The notes under the pieces: generated by a model
The model's input: the letters and a program-made list of their open reading frames with translations, nothing else
Told to the model about the DNA's origin: nothing
Databases searched by the model: none
From: Macrostomum lignano
Lineage: Eukaryota
Length of the DNA stretch: 64,000 bases
Reading direction: 5' to 3'
Assembly: GCA_002269645.1 (NCBI GenBank)
Contig: NIVC01000846.1
Span: forward strand, 1-64,000
Made by a program: the position numbers and the translations under genes
Part shown: piece after piece, positions 42,531-55,230 of the stretch
Numbering within the stretch: position 1 is the first letter of the stretch
Layout: every line of letters begins with the position of its first letter

Positions 42531-44211
42531 TGTCTACTTCAGCATACAAATTCAAGGAAGGAATTTTTCTAAATAAATTTATTACAGTTTTTACCTACCT
42601 GATTAGACACGGAAAACTGTTGAATACGGCTGCTCAGTCCTGTTGCAGCAATCGGGCTGTTTGTTAGCTGCATGTACTGCCAAGGCCTTGTAACAACCGT
42701 GCTCATTGACCTGGGCAGCTGTGTCAGACAGCGGGTCAGGCATAGGCCCGACCTCATAGCTCTGAACGAAGCCACTGAGACAGACATGACGCTAAATTGT
42801 ATATTGAGCTCAAAGCATGCAATGTTTAATTGAGAAATAGTTGCTATTAAACAACTTTTAAACATTGCATTAAACATAAGAGATAAATACTTCATAATTT
42901 AGAAATAAAGTACACAAAAAGGTTTATTGAAGGCCTAATAATTAGTCTAATTTTATTTATACCTATATTTTAAATTAATACGAGAAATCAATTGATAAAC
43001 GGTTACGTTAATAAACAAAGTGAATAATTATTAAAGCTATTTTAGGCTGTTTAAGGTAAATTATTTAACTTCAAGTTAAGTAGCCTTATTAAAATCTTAA
43101 TTTTTATCAATATGGCCCTCAAAAGGGCCGTTTTTACAAGACAGAAAAGAAACTTCCTACAACAAACAACTTAATCTCTTTAAGGATAATACCAGGTATA
43201 TATACTAGATATCTAACTCAACTCAAGAGGTACAGGTACAGAGTAAATTTTACATTAAGAAAAGTAAAAACAATAATATAATAATTATATAATTGGAGGT
43301 TTGACGCAACGCCTTCGCCGACATCGCCCCGCAACCTGCCCATTCCGTTATCGCCTAAGCATGCAAGCCCACTAATACTGTATTCAGGCACGCACTCATA
43401 CACCCGCTCACATGAATAAGAATGGTAAAGATAACTTTTTTAATTACGGTGGCCCTCAAAAGGGCCGTTTTACGAAATAAAATCTACAAAAAAGACCTCA
43501 GCTTATGGAAGGAAGGAAAAAAGACTAAATGAAATAGAATACACAAAATTAATTTCAATCAAGGGAAGCAGGCACCAGAAGTAACTGATTAAAATAAATT
43601 TCAAGTTGATGAAGAATAGAAGGGTTAAAGATCGGAACACCCACTTTAATTAGTTATCTGGAGATTTCCTGAGCAATCCAAAAGCAAAATGACTATTACT
43701 CGTTCCACTGACACTAGCTATCGCAAATAGAGAAGGAAAGAAAGTATTATACAATGCGTAGACAGTAGCACGTACATAGAAATACATAGAAATTCATGTT
43801 AATGTTTAAAACCAGGCATGGGCCATAAAATATCAGCCACAAATTCTAAACGGTATGAGCTACAGAATATCTGAAAGTATCAAAATAATCAACAAATAAA
43901 AATCTATAAAATTACATATTACTCAATAAAATAGCTCAAAGAATACACTAGTTACAATAAAAATAAAATTATCACACTGAATTCTAATTGTCAAAACTGA
44001 GCCCGAACCCTCCCGCGCAGGTGGAACACAATGATGCGGTCCAGTTCCTGGCCTAAGGCCTATATATACACGAGCTCTTGCGGCTCATTCAGGACCCATA
44101 TTCACGCCTCTGGCTGACTCTAAGCGAATTGCAGACAGTATTAGGAGAGCTAATTTGCAAGCACGCCAATACGAGCCTATTCTGCAGTTGCTATACTATT
44201 TCTAAATTCTA

Positions 44212-44568
44212 ATGGCCGACAGAAATTCCGACTCTGCTACGCCATCGCCAGTGCCACGTGGACACCGAGAAATTGTGCGAAAACTCGTCGAAGCTAGAGG
44301 CACCCAACTGGAGCATATCATGTACAGTCTGAAGCATTACCTGCGTCGAATTAGCATGATGCGACTGGACAGGCGTCTACCGCAACGAACTCAAGTCATC
44401 GCCGCCAAGAGAGCACTTAAGCAAGGCTACAACCGGGTCGAGGCTATGGCAGTCGTCAGGACTATTGCTGAGGATCTGCGCCGGGACTGGGCTGGCAATG
44501 GAGGACCAGTGTACCGCCAGCTGCTAGTAGATGAAGTCAAGTGGCTGCTTGATGACTTTTATAACTGA
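44212..44568 (+). CDS. Intronless 118-aa orphan protein, predicted helical and basic; unrecognised
   Basis: Clean ATG-to-TGA ORF with non-repetitive, protein-like composition, visibly more GC-rich than its very AT-rich flanks. TATATATA at 44061-44068 and AATAAA at 44676-44681. Confidence 0.55.
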   Translation: MADRNSDSATPSPVPRGHREIVRKLVEARGTQLEHIMYSLKHYLRRISMMRLDRRLPQRTQVIAAKRALKQGYNRVEAMAVVRTIAEDLRRDWAGNGGPVYRQLLVDEVKWLLDDFYN

Positions 44569-46263
44569 ATAACTGAGTACTGTATATATTTCACTTGTTA
44601 TATTTCTGTATGTATTACTATATCAGGCTAGGCCTACTTAATTTTTTTGTTCAAATATTGCTCAGTTTTACTGAAAATAAATTCACTATAGTATCACTAA
44701 TTGCATTTGTTAACTGTATTGTATCTATATGAAGCATACTTTATACTTGCAAATAAAATGGTCTGTCTTAGTGGTAAGCCACCAAACTGCTAAAGTGTTT
44801 AAATTTATAATTACTGGAAATATTAACAAAATGAAAAATATAAATTATAGTGCAAAAAATATGACAATAGTCAAATAGAGCAAGGTTGAGGTCTGCAATT
44901 CACTAACTACCAAATTTTAATTCTACTCGACTGTTTAACAAAATTCAACTTAAATATTCAACTTGAACTACCAAAGTTTGGTCTAGTATTTGACTTGACC
45001 AAAACCTGAGTTTGTCTAGGCTCTATGCTTTAATAGTACTAACTTATACTAAACTACAAGTTAGGCTAGTATAGTAGTAATAATATCACTTGACTAGGGC
45101 CTACTAATACGAATTAATAAACATGCCTACTGGTCTATATATTATAGTAATAAATGTATCCTTAGCCATTGTATACCTAAATAAGCCTGGATACAAATGG
45201 TAGACCTTGTTCCCGATCCTGATTAATCCCAAGTCCCAACTTTTTAAATTCAATCCTACCTGACCAGAATTTTCTTATCCTGGTTGGGCTCTAATACTAA
45301 TAGACATAGGCCTAGCATAATTTTTTTAGAGACGATATGTGTAGTACCAATGCATTGTTTCTATACCTAACCTATAATTTTTTTCATAATCAAAACATTT
45401 TGAAACTAAATATTAAACAATGCTATCTAGGTTTTTATTGGTATTAAGATGCAAGTAGGTATTAGGAAAAAAAGAACAAAATAGGATATTATATCATCAA
45501 AGGTCAAATTTGAAGATATAATTAGAAAGTTGACATGCATGCTGTACTTTAGCATCTGAAAAAATAGATAAAAACCTGAAATAAAACAGCCATTCTTAGT
45601 TGGTGGAGCAATTTGTTTGGTTATTATTATTATTCATTAATACAAAAGTTATACATTTTAAGCATCAAAGATCTAAATAATGTGTAATGTGCTATGTCAA
45701 ATACTTTGGTGACCCTTTGTAAGTGCACTATATTTTTCTACAGCAAAGGCCAACTTGACTATGGGACTAGTCTAATTTTAAATATTGTAATAAAGTTTAG
45801 AAGGCCTAATATGTATACTGTAAAAGATAGGTAAAGAGAATCTTTAGAGAATCTTAGAGGTAATCAATATTTCTTTGATTATTAAATATAATTGGAGCCA
45901 AAAAAACTGTTCATATAGTTGCTACTAGTATTGCTCTCATCGTTTGTCCTGAACTCCGTGAATTGAATATACTATCGGACTTACATTACATACGATACTA
46001 CTACTACTAGCTGACATGAGAGCACTATTGTATCAGTAATAGGTCTGTATCAAGCATTAATTTATAGGCCTGCATCAACAATAAATAAATGAGGAACTCC
46101 CATTTCTATAACTTCTACTTCTACTTCTACTAAGAATTTGTTCATTTCGAAGAAACTTTAGCATTTAATTTTCAGTTCAGTAAATCAATTTTATCTAGTT
46201 ATTATATGTATAAAGCGGAACTAAACTCTAATATTAGAGATTCTACGGCAATAAAATTTTCTG

Positions 46264-46460
46264 GACTTACTGAGCGAGGAGAAGGCGCTCGCTCCGCGAG
46301 GAAGCGAGGTGGGGCTTACGCCAAATATCCCCCGCCACTCCCCGCTCCCCGCTCCCGAGGTTTGCTAAAGGATTTTTCGCGACTATCCATTCGTTGCTTT
46401 TTTCTCTTCCCAAACGCCTAAATTCTGGAGTCAATCTATATATATGTATTGTTTGTACTG
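46264..46460. repeat. About 197-bp inverted-repeat arm (left copy)
   Basis: Reverse complement of 51058-51253 with few differences; also seen as the shared peptide LKDFSRLSIR in ORFs 46206+ and 50824-. Confidence 0.9.
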
Positions 46461-47384
46461 TCACGCCTTTTTTCATTAAAAAATGCATTTTTTTGCATTT
46501 TTCATTATTAACTGAAATTTTATCCACAGTCTGCACGGTAAAACTGAAAATGGATACAACATGCTGAGCAAAACTTATAACTATTTAAACCTAAGAGCAC
46601 CCGAGCTAACATGGAGAGCCAACAGCTCGTAGCATAGCTACGAGTGATAAAGCTGAAGTCAAAATTTAAACCTGCAACGCTGCAAATGGATTGCACAGAA
46701 TACGTGTATATCACATGTACCATGTAGCATGTGGCAGCTATTAGGCGCGTCGGTGGGGGGGACAGGGGGGGGACATGTCCCCCCCAGTAAAAGCTTTGGG
46801 GGTGTCCCCCCCCCACCCCACTTTGTGACCCGTTGTAGTAATCAATAATTTCTTCAGGGCGTCAAAAATATAGCGCCTTCGGCGCCAAAATGCGTGCCTG
46901 CGGCGCTAAGGAGTACCTGCGGCGCCAAAATGAGCGCTGCCTACACGATTCTGGAAATGGAAATTTAGGAATTTAGTCATGTACATGTTGAATTCTTGGC
47001 TTTGTCCCCCCACCATAAAATCCATGGCGACGGGCCCTGGCATATGGGATGTGCAAGCATTGCAGATATACGTATATCGTACATGTTCAAGTGAATATAA
47101 AGCTGCCGCAATCAAACGGTTGCTACATTGCGATTTACCTTGCGGGCTACCTTACTTCTTTTATTAATCAATACATGTATACATGTACGTGGAACCACCC
47201 TTCCCGGAAAAAAACTAGCCGATTTGCAAGCGCGATTCGCTGGCGGCTTTTCGAGAGGGCATGCACCTTTTATATGTAAGCCTCATTAGGGGCGTCGCCA
47301 AAGATTTTATGGCTTGGACAAAAGCTAATAATTTAAGTAACTAAATTCCTACATTGTTTTAGGAATTAATGTTAGTACTCATTT

Positions 47385-48010
47385 AGGCGCCGAAGACACT
47401 CATTTAGGCGCCGAAGACACTCATTTTGGCGCTTCAGGTAATTTTTTTGGCGCCGTAGATTCGGCACGATCATCATTTAGCGCAGCAGGCATTCATTTTG
47501 GCACCGCGGGCACTCATTCTGGCGCCGCAGGCACTCATTTTGGCACCGCGGGCACTCATTTTGGCGCCGCAGGCACTCCTTTTAGCGCCGCAGGCATTCC
47601 TTTCAGCACCGCAGGCACTCATTCTGGCGCCGCAGGCACTCATTTTGGCACCGCGGGCACTCATTCTGGCGCCGCAGGCACTCCTTTTTGCGCCGCAGGC
47701 ATTCCTTTTGGCACCACAGGCATTCCTTTTAGCACCGCAGGCACTCATTTTGGCGCCGCAGGCACTCCTTTTAGCACCGCAGGCACTCATTTTGGAGCCG
47801 TAGGCACTCCTTTTAGCACCGCAGGCACTCATTTTGGCGCCGCAGGCATTCCTTTTAGCACCACAGGCACTCATTTTGGCGCCGCAGGCACTCCTTTTAG
47901 CGCCGCAGGCATTCCTTTTAGCGCCGCAGGCATTCCTTTTGGCACCGCAGGCACTCATTTTGGTACAGCGGGCACTCATTTTGGTACAGCGGGCACTCAT
48001 TTTGGAGCCG
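47385..48010. repeat. 21-bp minisatellite (GGCGCCGCAGGCACTCATTTT)
   Basis: Direct reading. Confidence 0.9.
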
Positions 48011-48256
48011 CAAGCATTCCTTTTACGGGACGACGTGCCCGCGAGCGAATGCCCAAACCCCACTGACTAACTGCATGCATTGGCCGCGCGTTGTCGTGAC
48101 AAAAGGCCTCTCTATTTTACAATTGTTCCTCACAAAGCCCCTACTTATACATGTACGACGTACAACCGAGCCGTCATGCGAATGTTTGTTATCTAATATA
48201 TCTGAAAATTGTGCAACTGTCATCTTCCCACTGGACTGCACCAGGGACTGTTCATT

Positions 48257-48264
48257 TATATAAG
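48257..48264 (+). promoter_or_regulatory. TATA box of the cystatin gene
   Basis: TATATAAG about 60 bp upstream of the 5'UTR donor site, at a spacing typical of a short first exon. Confidence 0.6.
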
Positions 48265-48394
48265 AGGGACTCGCACTTGAAAAACAGTTTGTGACAAAGC
48301 CTGACTCTGAACTGAAACTTCTCAGGTAAGATCCCGGCGAATTTCCAGTTGCTCATCATAGTAGAACTTTTGTTACGACCATTGCAACAGAAAC

Positions 48395-48844
48395 ATGAAG
48401 TGCGTCATTATGCTATCCGTTGTCGCCTTCTGTCTGGCCGGCGTCGCCATTGGCTCCCTGATCGGCGGCAAGCGCCCGCTGACACAGGAAGACGTCAAAT
48501 CGTCTGAGTTCCGCGGCGCCTTGGACATGGCCACGCTGGAGATGAACCGGCTGAGCAGCCACCCCAGATTCCACGCAGTGCTCAACTTCGTGCGCGGCAC
48601 CAAACAGGTGGTTGCCGGCGTCCTCTACGAATTCAGCATCGTTTTGCGCGCCACCGAGTGCGAGAACCACGAGGCGCAGAACCTGGAGAACTTGGCCAAG
48701 TGCGCCCCAGTGAACTTGCTCGGCGCCTCAGAGTTCCACTGCGACTTCAAGGTTCTCTACCAGCCGTGGTCCGGCAACTCTGAGTACCGGGTTATGAGCG
48801 AGCCGTCCTGCGTGTCACCCCGGGAGGTGCCCTTCGCCGGCTAA
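48395..48844 (+). CDS. Secreted type-2 cystatin (cysteine protease inhibitor), 149 aa, intronless CDS
   Basis: Signal peptide, N-terminal Gly (LIGG), QVVAG loop, PW loop and four Cys consistent with two disulfides. 5'UTR intron 48326-48390 (gtaaga...caacag). AATAAA at about 48988. Confidence 0.93.
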   Translation: MKCVIMLSVVAFCLAGVAIGSLIGGKRPLTQEDVKSSEFRGALDMATLEMNRLSSHPRFHAVLNFVRGTKQVVAGVLYEFSIVLRATECENHEAQNLENLAKCAPVNLLGASEFHCDFKVLYQPWSGNSEYRVMSEPSCVSPREVPFAG

Positions 48845-49171
48845 GAGCCTCGAGGATTACTAGGACAACGAGTCGTGGGTCGAATTTCAGTTTTAGTGCA
48901 CTATAAGCGCGTCTGAGGCAGAAAAACCGCTTGGTTATCTGCGTACATATCTTTGTTGACTTCAGCCCCTTGGTTTACCAAACATAAAATAAATAGACAA
49001 CTGCAGTACCCGCTAGTTCACTTCATTGTTTCATTTATTATTTTTTAAATGGTCAAACGAGCTATCCTTACATCTCCAACCCAGTGTACAACAGTTATGA
49101 CTTAAAATAAGAAACACAAATCAGATTATTTCGCATCCAGATTTGCATACATGTAAATTAGAATTTTGTAT

Positions 49172-50270
49172 TGAATCTGAATCCGAATCTGAATCCGAAT
49201 CTGAATCCGAATCTGAATCCGAATCTGAATCCGAATCTGAATCCGAATCTGAATCCGAATCTGAATCCGAATCTGAATCCGAATCTGAATCCGAATCTGA
49301 ATCCGAATCTGAATCCGAATCTGAATCAGAATCTGAATCCGAATCTGAATCCGAATCTGAATCCGAATCTGAATCCGAATCTGAATCCGAATCTGAATCC
49401 GAATCTGAATCCGAATCTGAATCCGAATCTGAATCCGAATCTGAATCCGAATCTGAATCCGAATCTGAATCCGAATCTGAATCCGAATCTGAATCCGAAT
49501 CTGAATCCGAATCTGAATCCGAATCTGAATCCGAATCTGAATCCGAATCTGAATCCGAATCTGAATCCGAATCTGAATCCGAATCTGAATCCGAATCTGA
49601 ATCCGAATCTGAATCCGAATCTGAATCCGAATCTGAATCCGAATCTGAATCCGAATCTGAATCCGAATCTGAATCCGAATCTGAATCTGAATCCAAATCC
49701 GAATCTGAATCCAAATCCGAATCTGAATCCAAATCCGAATCTGAATCCAAATCCGAATCTGAATCCAAATCCGAATCTGAATCCAAATCCGAATCTGAAT
49801 CCAAATCCGAATCTGAATCCAAATCCGAATCTGAATCCAAATCCGAATCTGAATCCAAATCCGAATCTGAATCCAAATCCGAATCTGAATCCAAATCCGA
49901 ATCTGAATCCGAATCTGAATCCAAATCCGAATCTGAATCCAAATCCGAATCTGAATCCAAATCCGAATCTGAATCCAAATCCGAATCTGAATCCAAATCC
50001 GAATCTGAATCCGAATCTGAATCTGAATTTGAATCTGAATCCAAATCCGAATCTGAATCCAAATCCGAATCTGAATCCAAATCCGAATCCGAATCCGAAT
50101 CCGAATCTGAATCTGAATCCAAATCCGAATCTGAATCCAAATCCGAATCTGAATCCGAATCCGAATCTGAATCCGAATCCGAATCTGAATCCAAATCCGA
50201 ATCTGAATCCAAATCCGAATCTGAATCCGAATCCGAATCCGAATCCGAATCTGAATCTGAATTTGAATCT
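49172..50270. repeat. (GAATCTGAATCC)n 12-bp satellite switching to an 18-bp variant at about 49690
   Basis: Direct reading. Confidence 0.97.
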
Positions 50271-51057
50271 GCATATATAGTAGGATTCCACTATAATAAA
50301 GACACTACTTTTTTAAGGCTCTTCTAAGTAGTATATCAAAGTTTTTTGTTGTATTTAGCTCGTAGAATTCTAAATCTTGATCGAATTACAACTGTTAATT
50401 TACTCACTAGAAGCTTTGGATTAAAATATAACAAAGAATAGCGTCTCTCGCACACAAGCTAACTCAGGAAACCTGTTCGCAAATGAATAATGCCTACCCT
50501 TATTATTTTTCGGCTCGTAGCAGCACAGCTATAATAATGATCATCTTCTAACAGGTGAGGCAGGTGCGAAAAATATAATTAGCATGTTGTCGCCTTGGCA
50601 TGAATCGCCATGCAGGTTTTTTTGGTTCTGACCGGATGTGAAAAAAAGAAATTGTATGAAATTTAAGTGTAGGTCGACATTCTCATTCATATGCGCATGA
50701 GAGCTGGGATTTGTTAATCTCGCTTGTTCTCTCTCTCTCTCTCTAGGACTAATCCCCAACAGGTGCTTCCCTGCTCGCACAGAGCATTCAAAATGCTCGC
50801 CTAGGACCAAGTTTCTTGCATGTCTATCGCTGCCGATCGTGCCCTGGCATACACCTAGTTATTAGTTGAGTTGAATCACAGAGAATTAACACTGTATGGT
50901 CAAGGGATAAATTGAAAATTCTGGAATTGAGGAGTGAGAGAGAGTGGGTGAGCGTGTGAAAGTCCCTGAGCAGAACAATATGGGAATTAGCAGCAGCAAA
51001 TGTGAGGCAGATGTAATAAAAGGAAAGTAAAGGCAGGTGCTGAACAAATGCAGTCGC

Positions 51058-51253
51058 CAGTACAAACAATACATATATATATAGATTGACTCCATAATCA
51101 GGCGTTTGGGAAGAGACAAAAAAGCGACGAATGGATAGTCGCGAAAAATCCTTTAGCAAACCTCGGAAGCGGGGAGCGGCGGGGGATATTTGGCGTAAGC
51201 CCCACCTCGCCTCCTCGCGGAGCGAGCGCCTTCTTCTCCTCGCTCAGTAAGTC
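51058..51253. repeat. About 196-bp inverted-repeat arm (right copy)
   Basis: Reverse complement of 46264-46460. Confidence 0.9.
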
Positions 51254-51839
51254 AACAGAGACAGTCAGTCAGAGTCTAATAAAAATGAGCTGACTGCTCC
51301 AATAACTTCCTCACTGGAGAGAGAGAAGCGGGCTCCAAGTGTGCCAAACACGCTTTCTCTCTCTCTCTCTCGTCTCCCATTCCCAACGCGCGGGACATCA
51401 GTTCTGCTTTTAGAAGCAGCAGAAGCGGAGGCGTCGGCGGCAGCAGCGGCTGGTTGTGTGCGTGACCCAGAAAGCAATTTCTGGCAAAGATTTTTCAATC
51501 CAGTCCGCATTGATCAGCGCAGCTACATGTATATGAGTTCTGCAATTTCGCTTCACCTGCAGAGGCTTGATATTGAAGAGCAGTTCGAGCAATTTAAATA
51601 ATTATCCCCACCACCGCCACCTCAGCTCCGGGAAAGACAATTAAAGCTACAAGAGGACGAGACTGCAGACTTCTGCAGACTGGCGGCAGAGCATTGTAGG
51701 CTGCACGCCCCCGATGGTGACTGCATGGGTTCTCAAACAGCTCAGCATCTACTCGATATTCAGACATAGGGCATAATTTTATATTCAATTGCTGAAAGGA
51801 TTTCTGCTGCGCAATTTAACCATTAAGTTGAAGATTCAA

Positions 51840-53660
51840 TGATCCAACGATCCAATGACCCAATGACCCAATTACCCAATGACCCAATTACCCAATTACC
51901 CGATGACCCAATAACCCGATGACCCAATTACCTAATGACCCAATTACCCAACGACCCAATTACCCAATGACTCTATTACCAAATAATCTAATGATCCAAT
52001 GATCCAATAACCCAAATACCCAATTACCCAATGATCCAATAACCCAAATACCCAATTACCCAATTACCCAATGATCCAATAACCCAAATACGCAATTACC
52101 CGATGACCCAATGATCCAATGATCCAGTGCTTAATGACCCAATGACCCAAAAACCCAATGACCCAAATACCCAATGAACTAATGACCCAGTGACTTAATG
52201 ACCCAACGACCCAATGACCAAATGATCCACTGACCCAGTGACTTAATGACCCAACGACCCAATGACCGAATGATCCACTGACCCAATTATCCAATGACCC
52301 AATCTGACGAGTAAAGAAACCAAATAACCCAATTACTCAATGACCCAATCTGGCGAGTAAAGAAACCAAATAACCCAATTACTCAATGACCCAATCATCC
52401 AATGACCCAATGACCCAATGACCCAATTATCCAAGGATCCAATGACCCAATGACCTAATAAACCAATGACCCAATGACCCAATGACCCAATGACTCAATG
52501 ACCTAATGACCCAAATACCCAATGAACTAATGACCCAGTGACTCAATAACCCAATGACCCAATGACCCAATGACCCAATGACTCAATGACCCAATGACCC
52601 AATGACCCAAATACCCAATGAACCAATGACCCAGTGACTCAATGACCCAATGATCCAATGACCCAATCTGGCGAGTAAAGAAACCAAATAACCCAATTAC
52701 TCAATGACCCAATCTGGCGAGTAAAGAAACTAAATAACCCAATTACTCAATGACCCAATCATCCAATGACCCAATGACCCAATGACCCAATGACCCAATT
52801 ATCCAAAGATCCAATGACCCAATGACCTAATAAACCAATGACCCAATGACCCAATGACCCAATGATTCAATGACCTAATGACCCAAATACCCAATGAACC
52901 AATGACCCAGTGACTCAATAACCCAATGACCCAATGACCCAATGACCCAATGACCCAATGACTCAATGACCCAATGACCCAATGACCCAAATACCCAATG
53001 AACCAATGACCCAGTGACTCAATGACCCAATGATCCAATGACCCAATCTGGCGAGTAAAGAAACCAAATAACCCAATTACTCAATGACCCAATCTGGCGA
53101 GTAAAGAAACTAAATAACCCAATTACTCAATGACCCAATCATCCAATGACCCAATGACCCAATGACCCAATTACTCAATGACCCAATCATCCAATGACCC
53201 AATGACCCAATGACCCAATTATCCAAAGATCCAATGACCCAATGACCTAATAAACCAATGACCCAATGACCCAATGACCCAATGACTCAATGACCTAATG
53301 ACCCAAATACCCAATGAACCAATGACCCAGTGACTCAATAACCCAATGACCCAATGACCCAATGACCCAATGACCCAATGACTCAATGACCCAATGACCC
53401 AATGACCCAAATACCCAATGAACCAATGACCCAGTGACCCAATGACCCAATGACCCAAATACCCAATGAACCAATGACCCAGTGACTCAATGACCCAATG
53501 ACCCAATGACCCAAATACCCAATGAACCAATAACCCAATGACCCAATGACCCAATGACTCAATGACCCAATGACCCAATGACCCAAATACCCAATGAACC
53601 AATGACCCAGTGACTCAATTACCCAATGATCCAATGACCCAATCTGGCGAGTAAAGAAGC
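51840..53660. repeat. (GACCCAAT)n octamer satellite with a 420-bp higher-order duplication
   Basis: Sequence at 52801 and 53221 is near-identical (period 420). Confidence 0.93.
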
Positions 53661-54272
53661 CAAATAAACCAGACAGCGGACATTGTACAATTATTAAAGT
53701 TTATTTCATCAGATATAGCTCGATTTGGTGCACAACTGTTATAATTGTGGCTGTACAGACAGCACTGACAAGCTGTACAAATGCTAAATTAAAATTTATC
53801 AAATATTTTGTGCAGTTCATCCATTTTTTGTGCCACATCAATTTGCTGTTCGCTGTTAAACACAGGGGGGGGGCATTTTAAATTTCAGTTTTGATGGTCG
53901 AGCGTTCGCACGCACCATGCGCGAAGTTACATGACAAATTTCGAACTGAAAAAAGCAGGATAAAAACAATTAAATTTCAGCCATGAAACCGACAAAAGAG
54001 AAGCAGAATTGACATACTCGTACATAGAGAAAGAAACAATTTTCTTTTGACCAAAATAAGCAACGGCAGCAGAAGAAAGGACAGAGAAACACGCGGCAAA
54101 AATATGACAGGTTATAGTTTGTACGTGTAGAGGCTTGGAGAAGTTGATAAGAGGAAAAGAGGGGGGGGCAACCTTCGGGCAACTCGATGTCAAAATTCGG
54201 AAATAACGAATGCGAGACTCTGGAAAGGAAGAATGCCAGCCAGGCCAGTTGCTGCTGCTGCTGCAGAAGCTT

Positions 54273-55179
54273 CTAGAAGACGCAACTGCTGCCCAGCTTG
54301 CCGCTGTCAACGCCCGCCGTAGCCGCCGCCACGGCCGCCGCGGCCGCCAGCGCAGCAGCCGTTGTCGGCTTGCCGTTCTCTTCGTCCTCTTCGTCCTCGG
54401 TCTCGTCATCGTCTGGAAGCTCCTCGGAGGTGACGGCGGCGGCGGCGGCCGCGGCGCACATAGCCTGATGGTAGTCGCCTGGAGAGCAGCTGCCGATGCG
54501 CTGGAAGTACTCCATGTGCTGCTGGTAGGCCAGCTGCTGCCCACCGCTGCCATAGTAGTCCACAGCGCCATCGAGATGCTGCTGCCTGTGCATCGACTGC
54601 TGAAGCTGCTGCTGCTGCTGCTGCTGATGGTGCATCGGCACAGGAATCGCGTACTGCACCTGCTGGTGCTGATGATGATGCGGTGGCTGCTGCTGCTGCT
54701 GCACCTGCGGCTGCGGACTCGGCGCCGAGTACATGTGCATCGGCAGGCCTATCGCGGCTGCTGCCGCGGCTGCCGCGGCGGACGCGCAGTCGCCGTACGG
54801 ATAGTTCAAGTAGATGCCACCGGGGCTGTAGCTGTCACCGCCGCCGGCGCTGCCACAGTACTGCCTGGCATCGTACGGCTGACCATCCAGATAGCCGATC
54901 TGTCTGGCGCTGCTGTAGCCGGCAGCTGAGCCGTACTGCGACTGGATCGAATAGCTCCGATAGCCGTCGTCTCCGAGCACAGTCAGCTCTTCCAGAGTCG
55001 GCTGCGTTGAGGCCGGGTCGAAATGATCGACGATATGGTGATGCTGATGATGCTGATGATGGAGCTGCTGGAGCTGCTGCTGTTGCTGATGCTGATGGTT
55101 GGAAGACAGCGGCTGCTGGTGCTGATGAAGTTGAGGTTGCTGCTTCGGCGGCGGCTGCAGCGGTCCCATAATGAAGTCG

Positions 55180-55230
<51 letters not shown>

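Noticed and set aside
46740-47340. Nested MITE-like termini (GGGGCGTCGCCA..GATTTTATGG / CCATAAAATCCATGGCGACGGGCCC)
   Set aside because: Probably transposon ends, but matching partners and TSDs could not be paired reliably by eye.
49121-50327. Long Ser-Asp / Glu-Ser / Asn-Pro-Asn-Leu ORFs resembling SD-repeat adhesins or circumsporozoite-like repeats
   Set aside because: All are translations of a (GAATCTGAATCC)n satellite that is open in most frames; no signal peptide, unique domain or splice context.
52300-52325. CTGACGAG...GAAAC resembling a hammerhead ribozyme core
   Set aside because: No stem II can form between CTGACGA and GAAA, and the sister copies read CTGGCGAG.
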